From positions 28,582,001 to 28,646,000 of the forward strand of contig NC_043004.1 in the NCBI RefSeq assembly GCF_006345805.1: a DNA stretch of 64,000 nt, written 5' to 3'. Positions 11,200 through 24,087 of the stretch are shown piece by piece. The notes below the pieces were generated by a model, which had not been told where the DNA came from, did no database searches, and was given only the letters and a program-made list of their open reading frames with translations. Made by a program: the position numbers and the translations under genes. Source of the DNA: Octopus sinensis. Lineage: Eukaryota. How positions within the stretch are numbered: position 1 is the first letter of the stretch; each line of letters opens with the position of its first letter.

Positions 11200-12150
11200 T
11201 AGGTTTTGTCTTAATTTTTTGCCTTACCTCTTCTTTAGCAACCTATAACATTCTGTATGACTTGTAATTTCTTTGGAGTTCCCACTTTTGTCTTTCCTTT
11301 GCCATCTTGCATTTATCTTTCCAAATTCTTTATTGGACCGCTCACCTTGATTCTCAAGTCTCTTTTACCACTACTTTTATTTTCTTAATTTTTCACCTCA
11401 AAACTTTTTTACCGTAACAGGCTGCACAGTATATAAAACCATTTTATGTGTGCTATATTCCCAACTTTGAGTTCTTCTAATAATTTATACAGTTTCTTTA
11501 CTGTTATATGTCGCTTTACAGTTTCAGTTCTTCTGAAAGCTGGCGATTTCTTCTATCCATATTTCTTGTCTCATTTAATCGTTAAAACAAGCTCTTTTCC
11601 AACTCTGTAATATAATTTCTTTCCATAGTGAAAGTTACATTCATCCTGACTGCTACTTCTTTCCTTCTGATGATTCATTGATGTATCTGCTATTTCTTAT
11701 TAAATTTTATAACATTTCATCTTCTATGCAGCCATATTCTCCGCCTTTCAATTTCCATACGACCTCCTTTACCTCCAACTGGGAGTCTTCTTTTCTCATT
11801 TTTTATTTAGAGGTGTTTGTACGGTGACAGGAAATATTTCGCTCTATCTACATTTTATGCATTTTCCCTATATCCTAATTTGTCAGAATCAGTCCTATGA
11901 TAGCATTCCATTGCTTTGAAACGCCCTTCTCGTAATAATCCTGGCTGCAGTAGTTGAATGACGTAGCACCCGTCAGTGGGACATTTGCCGTACGGGAGAT
12001 GTTCATCTGAGGGTCCAGCCTCTTTAGTGTAGTTGTGACACGATTTCTATCGTCTGGCATTGCAGTGCAAAGAGTACTAAGGTGATAAGATGATATAACC
12101 ACCGGTGTGTTTATGAAAGTAGCGTTACTAATGGAGGCTGCCAACCACCA
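11200..12150 (-). mobile_element. Decayed 5' coding part of an R4/Dong-like LINE
   Basis: Minus-strand MECYHRTDSDKLGYR matches the N-terminal MECY..S.P...GYRKRM motif. Downstream WxKRLENQ-like motif. Many stops. Confidence 0.55.
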
Positions 12151-12433
12151 TAAGACGAAATTGAAACATACCGTACATCAACTCAGTACTTGATGGTATC
12201 GACTAATCTCCTCTCCTTAAAACAACTGGCCTTGTACCTAAATCAGAACCAATTTGCGAGCTGGCAAAAGCGTTAGCACGCATTTCGACCATCCTTATGT
12301 TCTAAATTCAAATTCTGTTCAGGTCAAATTTGCCTTTCATCCTTTTAGAGTCGATGAAATAAGTATCACTTAAGCAATGAGGTAGACACATAAACATAAA
12401 CATACACATAAACATACACACACACACATATAC

Positions 12434-12489
<56 letters not shown>

Positions 12490-12537
12490 TATATATAAAG
12501 AATCCCGTCGCATATATGTATATATAAACATTATATG

Positions 12538-12701
12538 CGACGGGCTTCTTTCAGTTTCCGTCTACCAAATCCACTCCACGACTTTGGTCGGCCCGAGGCT
12601 ATAGTAGAAGACACTTGCCCAAAGTGCCACGCAGTGGGACTGAACCTGAAACCATGTGGTTGGTAAGTAAGCTACTTGCCACACAGCCACTCCTGCGCCT
12701 A
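12538..12701 (-). mobile_element. SINE S2 5' half
   Basis: Reverse complement of the S2 head (...cacacagccactcctgcgcct), next to (TA)n. Confidence 0.85.
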
Positions 12702-13347
12702 ATGTGATTATCACTCAAAAGTGATGAGGTATGATTTCGATGAGCAGATATGTGATACAGTCTCTCTTGTTCTCTGAAAAAGCTACTTCATTTTATTTAC
12801 GTCAAAAGTGTCTTTAGGAAAGACTGGTCAATATTCATTCTCTTCCAAAGTACCTTTTACACTTTCGAGAAATTACTGTATGAAACACAATATTCTGTAC
12901 CTCTAGATGCTCGGTCAAACTGAAAGAATTGGAAAAGGAATATTCTTCCGTTTTCTAAAAGAAAAACAGTGTTCTTAGCTATACAAAAAAAATGGTTAGG
13001 TTTGGAATGTCTTTGATCATAGATCTGCTCGTTCTGTTTTGACCCGGAACTTAACAATAACATCATGATTTGTTATTGGATGTGGTTTGCTATAACGATA
13101 CTTTCTTATTGTATTACGGAGTGCTTGCAAGTATGTACATCTCAATGTGTGTGTATCATGTGTCTATGTATGTGTGTGTCTCGCCTAAGACACGTATTGC
13201 TCGGAGAGTTATAAATACTGTAATATTTCTTTTCGAATTTTGCTTTCAAAATACATTCTATCAATTGGACAAAAATCACGCATGTATTTAAAGTATTTGA
13301 ACGTTTAATGCAACTAATACTTAATCACGTTTTCCATCTTTTTGCAG

Positions 13348-14214
13348 AAAGGTCCACTTCGACTATTTTATAGTGTCTATGAGAATCCAGCCAAGCGTAT
13401 CAAGTTTTCAGAACCTAGAGAGCTTGATGTCACTAGTCCGACCTCCACTTCAACTAATACTCACTACGTTGCAACGTCCATTCCGCACCCAGCTCAGAAC
13501 GGTGATAAATCCGACAGCGAGACAGTGAAAGAGTCAGCTAGAAGTGGTGGTAGCATTGGTGGCTGTAGTGGCGGGAGCAGCTCAAACTGCAGTAGCAATA
13601 ACAAGAACAACATTAAGAACAATAAGAATAGTAGTAACATCAACAATAAAAACGGCAGCAGCAACAGCAACAAAAATAATTGCAACAACAGCGGGAACGG
13701 CAGCCATTCGAGCAAGAATGCATCTCACAATTCAAGCATAGCTTCAGTTATCATTAGCAGCGCTACAAATTCAACAACAACAACAGCAGCAGCAGCAGCG
13801 GCGGCAGCAGCAGCAGCAGCATCACCCAGAGCAACAATGTCGAGCGGTGCGACTGCTCTTTCTATTAATAACGTCGTCAGTGCAAGCAACGTTCCATCCA
13901 ATGCTCTGAACCCAACAACCGCAATATTGACCTCACCATCTTGTACAAAAGTGGCTTCCTCGTCCACCAGCAGCACAACGGCATCGACACTGGAAGTGAA
14001 GAGTACTCAGTTGACAACTGCTGCTACTGCTGCCGCCGCTGCTGCTATGGTTGACAACCAAAATATTACTTTCAAAATGCCCGAGGATGAGAAATACGAA
14101 AGGCCAAAAGATTTCAAAGAATTAGTATTTAATGGACAAGTTCTAAATGGCCATGATGAAAATGTGATTGTTAAAACTGAGCCAATGACGGATGCCTTAT
14201 CTGTGACGTCATAG
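13348..14214 (+). CDS. BMI1: Terminal coding exon of the BMI1/PCGF-type gene (end of RAWUL, NLS, Ser/Asn/Thr/Ala-rich tail, TAG stop)
   Basis: tttccatctttttgcag|AAAGGTCCACTT. KGPLRLFYSVYENPAKRIK matches BMI1 NGPLPLKYRVRPTCKRMK and is in frame with the preceding exon (WRR|KGPL). Open for 288 codons to TAG. Confidence 0.9.
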   Translation, partial: KGPLRLFYSVYENPAKRIKFSEPRELDVTSPTSTSTNTHYVATSIPHPAQNGDKSDSETVKESARSGGSIGGCSGGSSSNCSSNNKNNIKNNKNSSNINNKNGSSNSNKNNCNNSGNGSHSSKNASHNSSIASVIISSATNSTTTTAAAAAAAAAAAASPRATMSSGATALSINNVVSASNVPSNALNPTTAILTSPSCTKVASSSTSSTTASTLEVKSTQLTTAATAAAAAAMVDNQNITFKMPEDEKYERPKDFKELVFNGQVLNGHDENVIVKTEPMTDALSVTS

Positions 14215-14384
14215 CTGGCGATGAAACATATTGAGGCGACGCTCCTTGAGAATTTCTTTGTTTTTTTTTTGTTTTTGTTTTTTTTTAATCACAGTCACTG
14301 GTGTAGGAACTGGAATACCATTTTGTACCCAGTTCGGTGTTCTGCACAACATGTAAATAACTATTCGAGGAACCTGCTATGAAG

Positions 14385-14417
<33 letters not shown>

Positions 14418-14512
14418 TATGTTTATATATATATATATGTTTATATATATATATATATATATGTATATGTATATATGTATGGGTATGTATATGAATATAT
14501 GTATGTGTATGC

Positions 14513-14561
<49 letters not shown>

Positions 14562-14736
14562 CAATATATATATATATGCATGCATGCATACATACCTACT
14601 TCCGTACATACATACGTACATACGTACATGCATACATATATACATACATACATGCATACATACGTGTATACATACATGTATACATACATATACACATACA
14701 TACATACATTCATACATACATACATACATACATACA
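14385..14736. repeat. Compound (TA)n/(TACA)n microsatellite in or near the 3' UTR
   Basis: Seen directly; source of several spurious YI/HT ORFs. Confidence 0.95.
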
Positions 14737-14954
14737 AGGGATGGAAAGGATGTATGCTGTTTAATCATATCAGTGAATTTGACTTCCCTTTCCGACAGAG
14801 AAAGAAAACATTTTCTTCGTAAGTCATTCATCATCTCTAATTCAAATTGAATTAACTTCATTTTAAATATTTCTTTACACCACTTTTCATATGATGGCTA
14901 TTATTATTATTATTATTATCATTATTATTATCATTATTATTATCAACATTATAG

Positions 14955-15248
14955 AGGTGGTGAGCTGGCAGAATCGTTAGCACGTAGGGCAAAATGCGTA
15001 GCGACATTTCGTCCGTTTTTACGTTTCTGAGTTCAAATACCACCAAATTCGACTTTATCCTTTTAATCCTTAAGAAATCGATAAAATACGTACCAGTAAA
15101 GCACTGGGATCGATGTAATCGACTTACCCCTCCACCGAAATTGCTGGCCTTGTGGCAAAAATTGAAACCATTATTATTATTATTATGATTATTATTATTA
15201 TTATTAAGAATATTTTATGATCATTATCTTCTACTCCTTCTTCTTCCT

Positions 15249-15286
<38 letters not shown>

Positions 15287-16288
15287 GCGCCAGCGAGTAG
15301 AGCTAACATTCCGGCGAGCCCAGTCAGTGAATAGGTTTCGATTCATAGTTGGAATCGTTTGATTTCATTTGCGTCGTTAAGGCTCTTTCACAGAGCATTA
15401 GACAGAGCAGCTGGAGAGGGCCAGATACACTGGAATGCAGAAGCTGGAGAAAGTTAAGTTACGTATGCCTCTCTACACAGATTTTGATATATTTATTAAG
15501 CCAAGAAACGAAGAGGGCACTGTTCATTGAAGTTTGTCTCGGGTGCAGAACTAGAAACCTGAGCTACAGTTAATACCTTTGTGAAAAGCATAAACCCAGC
15601 TTTTGATTTTCTTTTCTATCCTCTTCAAATCTCAGACATCATGCCAAATGTAAGGGCTAACAATTATATACGTTCATGTTGATACTATATCAGGAAAAAT
15701 GCTGAAGCTGAAAGCTTTCGGCAAATTCAGTCGACGATCTCGTTTTGATTTCAAGTTAAGATCCCTTTTACCTTCATAATATAACCATGAGGAAAGCCCA
15801 AACGTGAGATTTTCCCTCCCAATCATAATTCTTCATACCTAATAAAGGGAGTGTGTTTATCATTATTTCTATTACTATTATTATTCGTCGAGGTTGACTT
15901 TGCCTTTCATCATTTCGAGGTCGATAAGATAAGTACCAGTTGAATACTGGGGTCGATGTAATAGATTGACCCCCTCCCTCGTAATTACTGGCCTTGTGCC
16001 AAAATTTGAAACCATTATTATTATTATTATTATTGGTGTTGTAGATTGGCAGAATCATTAAAGCGTTGGACAAAGTTTCACGAGGGAATCAGAGCCTCTT
16101 TACATTTTGAGAGTTTAAATCCCGGCATGGTCACTTTCCCTTTCTTCTATCCGGGGTCGACGAAATAAGTACCAGTCAAGTACTAATTCGAACTAATCAA
16201 CTTACCAATTTCTCCTCAAAATTGCTGGCCTTGTGCCAAATTTCGAAACAATCTCTTTTGTTGTTGTTATTATTATTAATTATTATTG

Positions 16289-16331
<43 letters not shown>

Positions 16332-16560
16332 GATTATGATTATTATTATTATTATTATTATTATTAAAGCGGTGAAATGGTAGAATCGTTAATACGCCGG
16401 AAAAAATAGTCAGCGGCGTTTCTTCTGGCTTTATGATCTGAGTTCAAATTCCGCCAGGGTTGACGTTGCTTTTCATATTTTAGGGATCGATACAATAAAT
16501 CCCAGTGGAGCACTGATATCGATGTAATCGACTTACCCCTTCCCTCTCAAAATCAGAAAG
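14955..16560 (+). mobile_element. Several S1-type SINE copies of a tail variant (S1b) interspersed with (ATT)n tracts
   Basis: Copies or fragments at ~14955-15170, 15885-16015, 16040-16250 and 16367-16555. Most end in ttgctggccttgtg(c/g)caaa-like tails. Confidence 0.7.
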
Positions 16561-17759
16561 GATTATTATTATTATTATCATTATTATTATTATCATTATT
16601 ATTATCATCATCATCATTATCCATAACTTAGCCATATCATGTTTACACTGTTCTTCTCTACATAGACCAATTTGACGTACAACGATCTCCTGACTTTGTA
16701 CGGTATACTGTAAAATATGATTGCGGATGTCTTGTATGCTAATTCGCATGGGATAATTCTCAGTACGTTTACATGACCTGTCAAGGCTCATGCTTTTCCC
16801 AATGAATTAACAACACAAGCAAAATAATGTAAATTTATTTTCACTAGATTCTTTTTTCTTCATATTTTTTGGGAGTCAACACTGGGGAACAAAATCAAAT
16901 AGTGAAAATAAACACAAAGTTGTTTTTTTTTTCTTTTATTCCATCGTAGATTGTGCAATTTGGTCTCTCATATCTAAAGTTCCACTATTAAACAAAGTAA
17001 CAGAAATGAGAAACTAAATCAGCGAAAAAAAAAAAGGATCATGGAAAAGTGCTTTTAAAGCAATTGATACAATGACAAAAAATATTGCAATAAACTGGAA
17101 CTACTTGTTGCGTAAGTACAATATACATTGTATATTCATCTCTTCTTTGGCAAATGAAAACTGGAGAAACTCTGCAAATTAAGACTTAAACTCAATTTGC
17201 TTTGAACGATGTCTTTCTCAGTAGCTCAGGACAATCAAAATGAATATAAATGCTCTTAAAAAAAGAAGTCTTTATATCATGAGGTCAAACAACTCCATCC
17301 CAAACAGTGGTCCTTGTGGACGCAAATCAAATCAAGTTGCAGATAAAAAAAAAATTTAAGGCTAAAAATTACAAAGACTGGATAAAGCGGTTTGTGTTTC
17401 TCGCCTGAAACATTACTCCTAATGGACCCCTCCCTAATCATTGCTTCATACGGCTTGCAGTATAGACATAACAAGAGCCAATGTTTTGCTCGTCGTCATT
17501 ACTGTTGAAATATATATAACTGCAAAAGAAGCGACAGTGTGTATGTAAGTGTATGTATTCACGCGTGTGTGTGTGTGTGCGTGAGTGAGTGTGCGAGTGT
17601 GGCAACATGTGTGAAAATGTCTAGACCTTTACATACACATGCATAAAATACATATAAATGACCATACGATAAAATGCTCATATTAACTCGTATAGATCAT
17701 TACAAAACACCAGCCTATCTATGAATTTGTGTGTATGTATGAGTGTGTGCGCGCTGGTG

Positions 17760-17771
17760 TGCGTATATATA

Positions 17772-17846
<75 letters not shown>

Positions 17847-17878
17847 ACATGTATATATATATGTATATGTATATAATA

Positions 17879-17916
<38 letters not shown>

Positions 17917-17965
17917 ATATATGTATATATATATATATATATATACATGTATATATATATATATA

Positions 17966-18002
<37 letters not shown>

Positions 18003-18067
18003 CATGTATATATATATAATATATATATATATGCATATACATATACATATATATATATATATATATG

Positions 18068-18102
<35 letters not shown>

Positions 18103-18150
18103 ATGTATGTATGTATGTATGTATGTACGTATGCATATCTATATGTGTGT
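17760..18150. repeat. (TA)n/(TATG)n compound microsatellite
   Basis: Seen directly. Confidence 0.95.
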
Positions 18151-18651
18151 GTGTAGGGGTGACAGACAGGAGATTGAGCGAGAAAGAGTGTATGGGCGAG
18201 AGAGAGAGAGAGAGAGAGAGACTAATGAGAAATTATGTATGTAACTAAGATCAAGTAGAGCGAGTTTTCTTTTTTTTTATTATTATTGAAGCTGGTGCTT
18301 ATTGAATCGTAACTTTGAATTTAACGTTGCCTATTAATTCAAACGATTGCAGTAGAGAAGCAGCGTGATAATAAATTTCCTAAAAACAGTTGTAAACTCA
18401 TTGGAACATGATACGATTGGTTGCGATCCTTTGGGAAATGCTCCACATAGTAGTCACACACACACATTATATATTCACTAGCAAAATAACATGATAACCT
18501 TGTACCAAGAAAAATAGTTATTATTAAGCAAATTTTTGTGTTGAAAATAGCTGCGAGGTTTTTTTTTAATATATGATACTCGTTCAAATTATAGCAAATC
18601 CATTATGCAGGAAATATGCTGTTTAAGACAATTAATAATAGAACGTTCCCA

Positions 18652-18805
18652 GGCTGTGTGGTAAGTAGCTTGCTTACCAACCACACGGTTCCGGGTTCAG
18701 TCCCACTGCGTGGCACCTTGAGCAAGTGTCTTCTACTATAGCCTCGGGCCGACCAAAGCCTTGTGAGTGGATTTGGTAGACGGAAACTGAAAGAAGCCCG
18801 TCGTA

Positions 18806-18851
<46 letters not shown>

Positions 18852-19104
18852 CGTGTGTGCGTGTGTGTGTGTGCGTGTGTGTGTGTGTGTTTGTGTATCT
18901 GTGTTTGTCCCCCCAACATCGCTTGACAACCGATGCTGGTGTGTTTACGTCCCCGTTACTTAGCGGTTCGGCAAAAGAGACCGATAGAATAAGTACTTGG
19001 CTTACAAAGAATAAGTCCTGGGATCGATTTGCTCGACTAAAAAAGGCGGTGCTCCAGCATGGCCGCAGTCAAATGACTGAAACAAGTAAAAGAGTAAAAG
19101 AGTA
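18652..19104 (+). mobile_element. SINE S2, near full length, with internal (TA)n(TG)n
   Basis: Head, core, microsatellite bridge and tail ...gtaaaagagtaaaagagta. Confidence 0.9.
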
Positions 19105-19835
19105 ATAAGTACTGAAAAAAAATGGAAGTATTCAGTAATTCTGATATCTATCAAAATTTACAAACAGTTGTAACTGAATGTTACACTTCTCTACGGTACA
19201 AAAATCATATCTTTTGAACCCATTAAAATAAAGGGATGGTTATTCTATATCAGAGCAACTATTAAAAAACTGATCATGATGGAACTTTTCTTCTCGTACA
19301 TTAAAAACTCAAAAGACATGATCTTTCACTCTCAAATGTGTAACATCATGTTAAAGCCATTTCCGATTCAGAAAATAAAATCAAAACTACTTCATGCAAG
19401 CGATTTCCATCAGTACTTATGGAGGAATTTTCAATTATCAGTTGCTAAAATACTTCCAACTAATTTATGATAACCTCAAAGATGCTCATATAATGAGATA
19501 AAAAACATTATATTGTTTCAAAATTGCAACTTCTTTAATAATATCCATATTCTTTGCTTTCGTGTATTTTACTTATATTATACTCAAGGCATATATTATA
19601 CGCAATGTCATATGTTTTCGCTTGTCGTGAGAAAAATATATCACGTATTGTGCGTATGACAGCTGAATAGAATAATGTGGGACATATTTTCAAATGGTTT
19701 TCTGCAATCAACCAAATCTCATATTTCAATGTATTTACAAATATTTTGGCTTCAATATTGTCTTCTCTTATCCAGTCGCTTGAATAATCGGTAACGTGAA
19801 ACTCAGAGTTCCGATTCAAGAAGACCCTCTGCTTC

Positions 19836-19883
<48 letters not shown>

Positions 19884-20039
19884 TAATAATAATTAATAAT
19901 TAATAATAATAATAATAACAATAATGATAATAATAATGCAATTAAATATGACATCCATATATGTGTGTGTATTCCCATATATATATATGGGAGTACACAC
20001 ACATATATATATATGTGTATATATATGTATATATATATA

Positions 20040-20085
<46 letters not shown>

Positions 20086-20140
20086 GAGTACACACATACA
20101 TATATATATATATATATAATATATATATATATATGGGAGT

Positions 20141-20202
<62 letters not shown>

Positions 20203-21189
20203 GGTGACACATATGCACACACACACGTAGTCATGCAGCTGCGCATACACACGAACACTCCTCCCTCTGTGATAGAGAAAAGTAGAAAGACAGAAAGACA
20301 AAAGATAAAAAGAGAAAGGAAAATAAGTTATTCGGTGAGCTGCAACTAAAACATTTTAGTAGTCAACATGTCAAGTACATCCTGATTTACTTTCAATAAT
20401 GAATGAACGTCTCTTGTTACACAACATCAAAAACCAACCAACATCCTCAATGGAGCTGCTCAATTCGACAAACAGAAGAGATAAAGAGATTATTCAATGT
20501 TTTGTTTTGTTTTTTTTTTTTCCTTCTTGAAGTGTTTTCTATTTTTTTTTTTTCTGTCGGGCTGTGTGAAAACGTGGATTATTAGTTGCTGAGAAGGATT
20601 CTTTCCGAAGAACTCGGTGTTGAATTTAGAAAATAAAAAGACTTGGTAATTTACAAAACTAGTGCTATTGATTTATCAGCTGATATTAAAAATACAGGAA
20701 TACATCAGATAAACATTTCGTTCCTTTTGTTGTTGTTGTTGTTGTTGTTGTTCTTTAAATGACAATTGTTCGATTGCTTTGTTAGTTTTTGGGTTCTAGT
20801 TTCTTGTTGTTGTCTTTTTGGACATTGAAAAAAAATGATAGTGCTGGAGGTGGCAGTGGATGTGGCGGGGCGTATGTATTTTGTTTTCTATCTATCTGTG
20901 CGTTTGCTAATATACTGTGTCTACAGAACACGAAAATAATGTTTGTCTGTGCACTTTCTCAGAATTCTTTGATAATCACGTTTGTTTTGTGCCTAACATC
21001 GTGCTCCACATAAAACAGCAGAACAGAATTAATTGGACGATGTACATGGGATTAGAGCAACTGGCTGTTTACCTTCTCTTTATTTTATTTCCTACTTAAT
21101 ATATAAACACTAACAGCATAACGTCATAAGTATGACATCTTGAATGTTAACATTTACTAAGACATGTAAATAAGTACACTATTCTTCTT

Positions 21190-21231
21190 ATCATAATCAT
21201 CATCATCATCATCAACATCATCATTATTATT

Positions 21232-21263
<32 letters not shown>

Positions 21264-21276
21264 TATTATTATTATT

Positions 21277-21320
<44 letters not shown>

Positions 21321-21321
21321 T

Positions 21322-21368
<47 letters not shown>

Positions 21369-21607
21369 TATTATTACTATAATTATTAAGGCGGCGAGCT
21401 TGCAGAACAGTTAGCACGCCGGGCAAGATGCCTAGCGGCATTTTGTCCGCCTTTACGTTCTGAGTTTACATTCCGCCAAGATCAACGTTGTCTTTCATCT
21501 TTTCGGGGTTGATAAATTAAGTACCAGTGAAACACTGAGGTCGATATAATCGGCTACCCTCTCCTCTAAAATTTCAGGCAGTGTGCCTATAGTAGAAAGG
21601 ATTATTA

Positions 21608-21668
<61 letters not shown>

Positions 21669-21944
21669 CATTAAGGCAGAAAGTTGGCAGAAGCGTTAGC
21701 ACGCAGTGCAAAGTTCTTAGCGGCATTTCGTCTGTTTAAACCTTCTGAGTTCAAATTCAAATACCAGTTGAACACTGTGGTAGATATAATTCACAAACTC
21801 CTCGCCAAGAATTCCACGCCTCGTGCCTATAGCTGAGAGGATTATTATTATTATTATCATTATTGTTGCTGTTGTTATTGTTGTTGTTGTTGCTGTTGCT
21901 GTTGTTGTTCTTCTTCTTGTTCTTGTTGGTGATGGTGGTGGTGG

Positions 21945-21987
<43 letters not shown>

Positions 21988-21990
21988 GCT
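21190..21990 (+). repeat. (CAT)n tract, two S1b SINE copies (21388-21600, 21672-21845) separated by (ATT)n, then (GTT)n
   Basis: Seen directly; S1 head and core motifs present. Confidence 0.8.
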
Positions 21991-23788
21991 GTCGTTATTT
22001 AATGTGTCAAAATGTTTAAGAAAGTTAACTTTATATCAATTATCATCTGATAATTGTGTTGATTCTCTTATTCCCAGGTGTGAGTATTTTACTATCTCGA
22101 TATTATACATAATGTAATATGACTGAATAACAAATTATTACTTGCGGTATTCGTGCGAATTATTCGTGAAATAATAGAAAGAAAATAAGCTTCTCCAATA
22201 GAATATAGTATCCTTATTATTTCTTAAGTTATGACACTAAAAATCTGCACTGTTTAATCTTTCAATACAAGTAAAACGTGGTTAATAAAGGACTTTCACT
22301 AGAAAATTATTATTCTGTGCAACAAAATATATATTCATCACAAGGAAAGAAATTTCTTTAAAATATATTTTGTTTGTTTTTAACACTAAGAAGATTGTCT
22401 CATCTGATCACGAAAAGGTAGTAAAATCCTTAGAACAAGAACTAAACTTCCGACAAGCTGAGTCAGAGATGCAGATTAATTCCCCATTTAAAATCATTCC
22501 ATATCGATTATGCTGATGATATCATTAGAAAAGTTGAAGATGCCTCAATACTATATTTCTATAATATAGGCTTCTCCGCCAAAATACAAGGTCTTTGTGC
22601 TTAGTGAGATACAAAACTTCTATTGTAGAAAGCTTGTGGTAAATTTGCAGATTACCATTCAATTTGGAAAAATACTAGGTCTACCATATTTCAAATTTCA
22701 TCTATTTGCAACAGCTAGAAATTAAGAAAAAAGTACAATTGACCATTCTAAATTGAAGACAAATGATTACAATAAAAACAATGTATTTCATTTTGCTGTG
22801 TTTGAATATTTGTAGAATTAATAAATTCTAGCTGTGAACCAAAATATGTTCATTTGCAGGGTGATTCACCGAAGGTGACACCACTAATCTAATTTAGCCT
22901 GTATGCTGGCCTCATGCCAATCTCTGGCAATAAATATACAGAGTTCATCTTCATAAAGCTGCCAGTCTATTAAGCGCTGTTGACCTGATAGTATTGGTTC
23001 AAATATTTGAAATGAGGGCAAAAGCAAAAGATATGCGTTCTATGTCCATAATCACTTACAATGCATCACTAGCACTTCTGCAGAAATATCCTGCTTAAAA
23101 CCATCATTCCCACATATGTAAGAGAAATGGTAGGCCTTCTGTAGTAGATAAAGTAATAGCCAGTACATGATGAGAAAATTATTTTGGATGCGATAACTTC
23201 CTCTTAACTAGATACTAGGGACAAACTTGGCGATAGAATAGCATCACGAACGTGACTTCGGATTTTTTTCTTTTTTTATGTGTAAGAATGAACTCAAATG
23301 CATTGGCTTTCAACTGGGTATTATTGTTTTCAATTGCAAATATTTTAACAGACCTCTAATATCGTAGCTTCAACGTTTGGATAGAAGTGCTGTTATGTTT
23401 ATATATAGCTGTCCATTAATCTGAGCTGCTGAAAAAAATTTACCTTATTTATCGAATTTGTAAATTGCAATATAGTATTTTACTGCTGCAAAGAAACAAC
23501 ACCAGATTTAAAACATTAAAAAACATTAAAAGATTGATTGGAAATAAGCAATTACCGAAATGATTGTGAAACAAAGAAATGTTATTAAAAGACTGGAAGT
23601 ATCTCATGACACTGTAGCTAACTGTTGTCTTCCCACTATGAACAGTACATGAAATAATGATACTTGGCATGTATTAATTGCATAACTGCTAAAAATCTTT
23701 GTTTCTTTGGACAATTTTTATAATGTGCAGATAGAATCTAAAATTCCTATCTTTTGAATACAGTATGTCTATTTACATATCTCTCTTT

Positions 23789-23826
<38 letters not shown>

Positions 23827-24087
23827 TGTTGTGTCTGGGGAGAATCATTTTCTTTTTGTGCCTTATAATGTAACACACTCAAGACTATTGAAAAGGTTGC
23901 AAGATGCAACGAAAATTTTAGGAAAGTAAGAATAAGAAAAAAGTGGAAATTTTGCCGGTGAGTGTGTTACATTATAAGGCACAAAAAGAAAATGACTCTC
24001 TCAGACACAACAGAATATGCTTCAACACACGAACTCATATAAAGAATCTTGCAAACCAAATCCAAAAACGAAATATATATATATATG

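Noticed and set aside
14361-14861. Long YI/CM/HT-rich ORFs here and at 17729, 19835, 26947, 58084, 60350 and elsewhere
   Set aside because: They are translations of (TA)n, (TG)n and (TACA)n microsatellites, which lack stop codons in some frames. No domain content.
22855-23270. Acceptor-like ttgcag|gt and a CDNF motif suggesting an exon or piggyBac fragment
   Set aside because: All frames are interrupted, and the similarity is too weak to call without a search.
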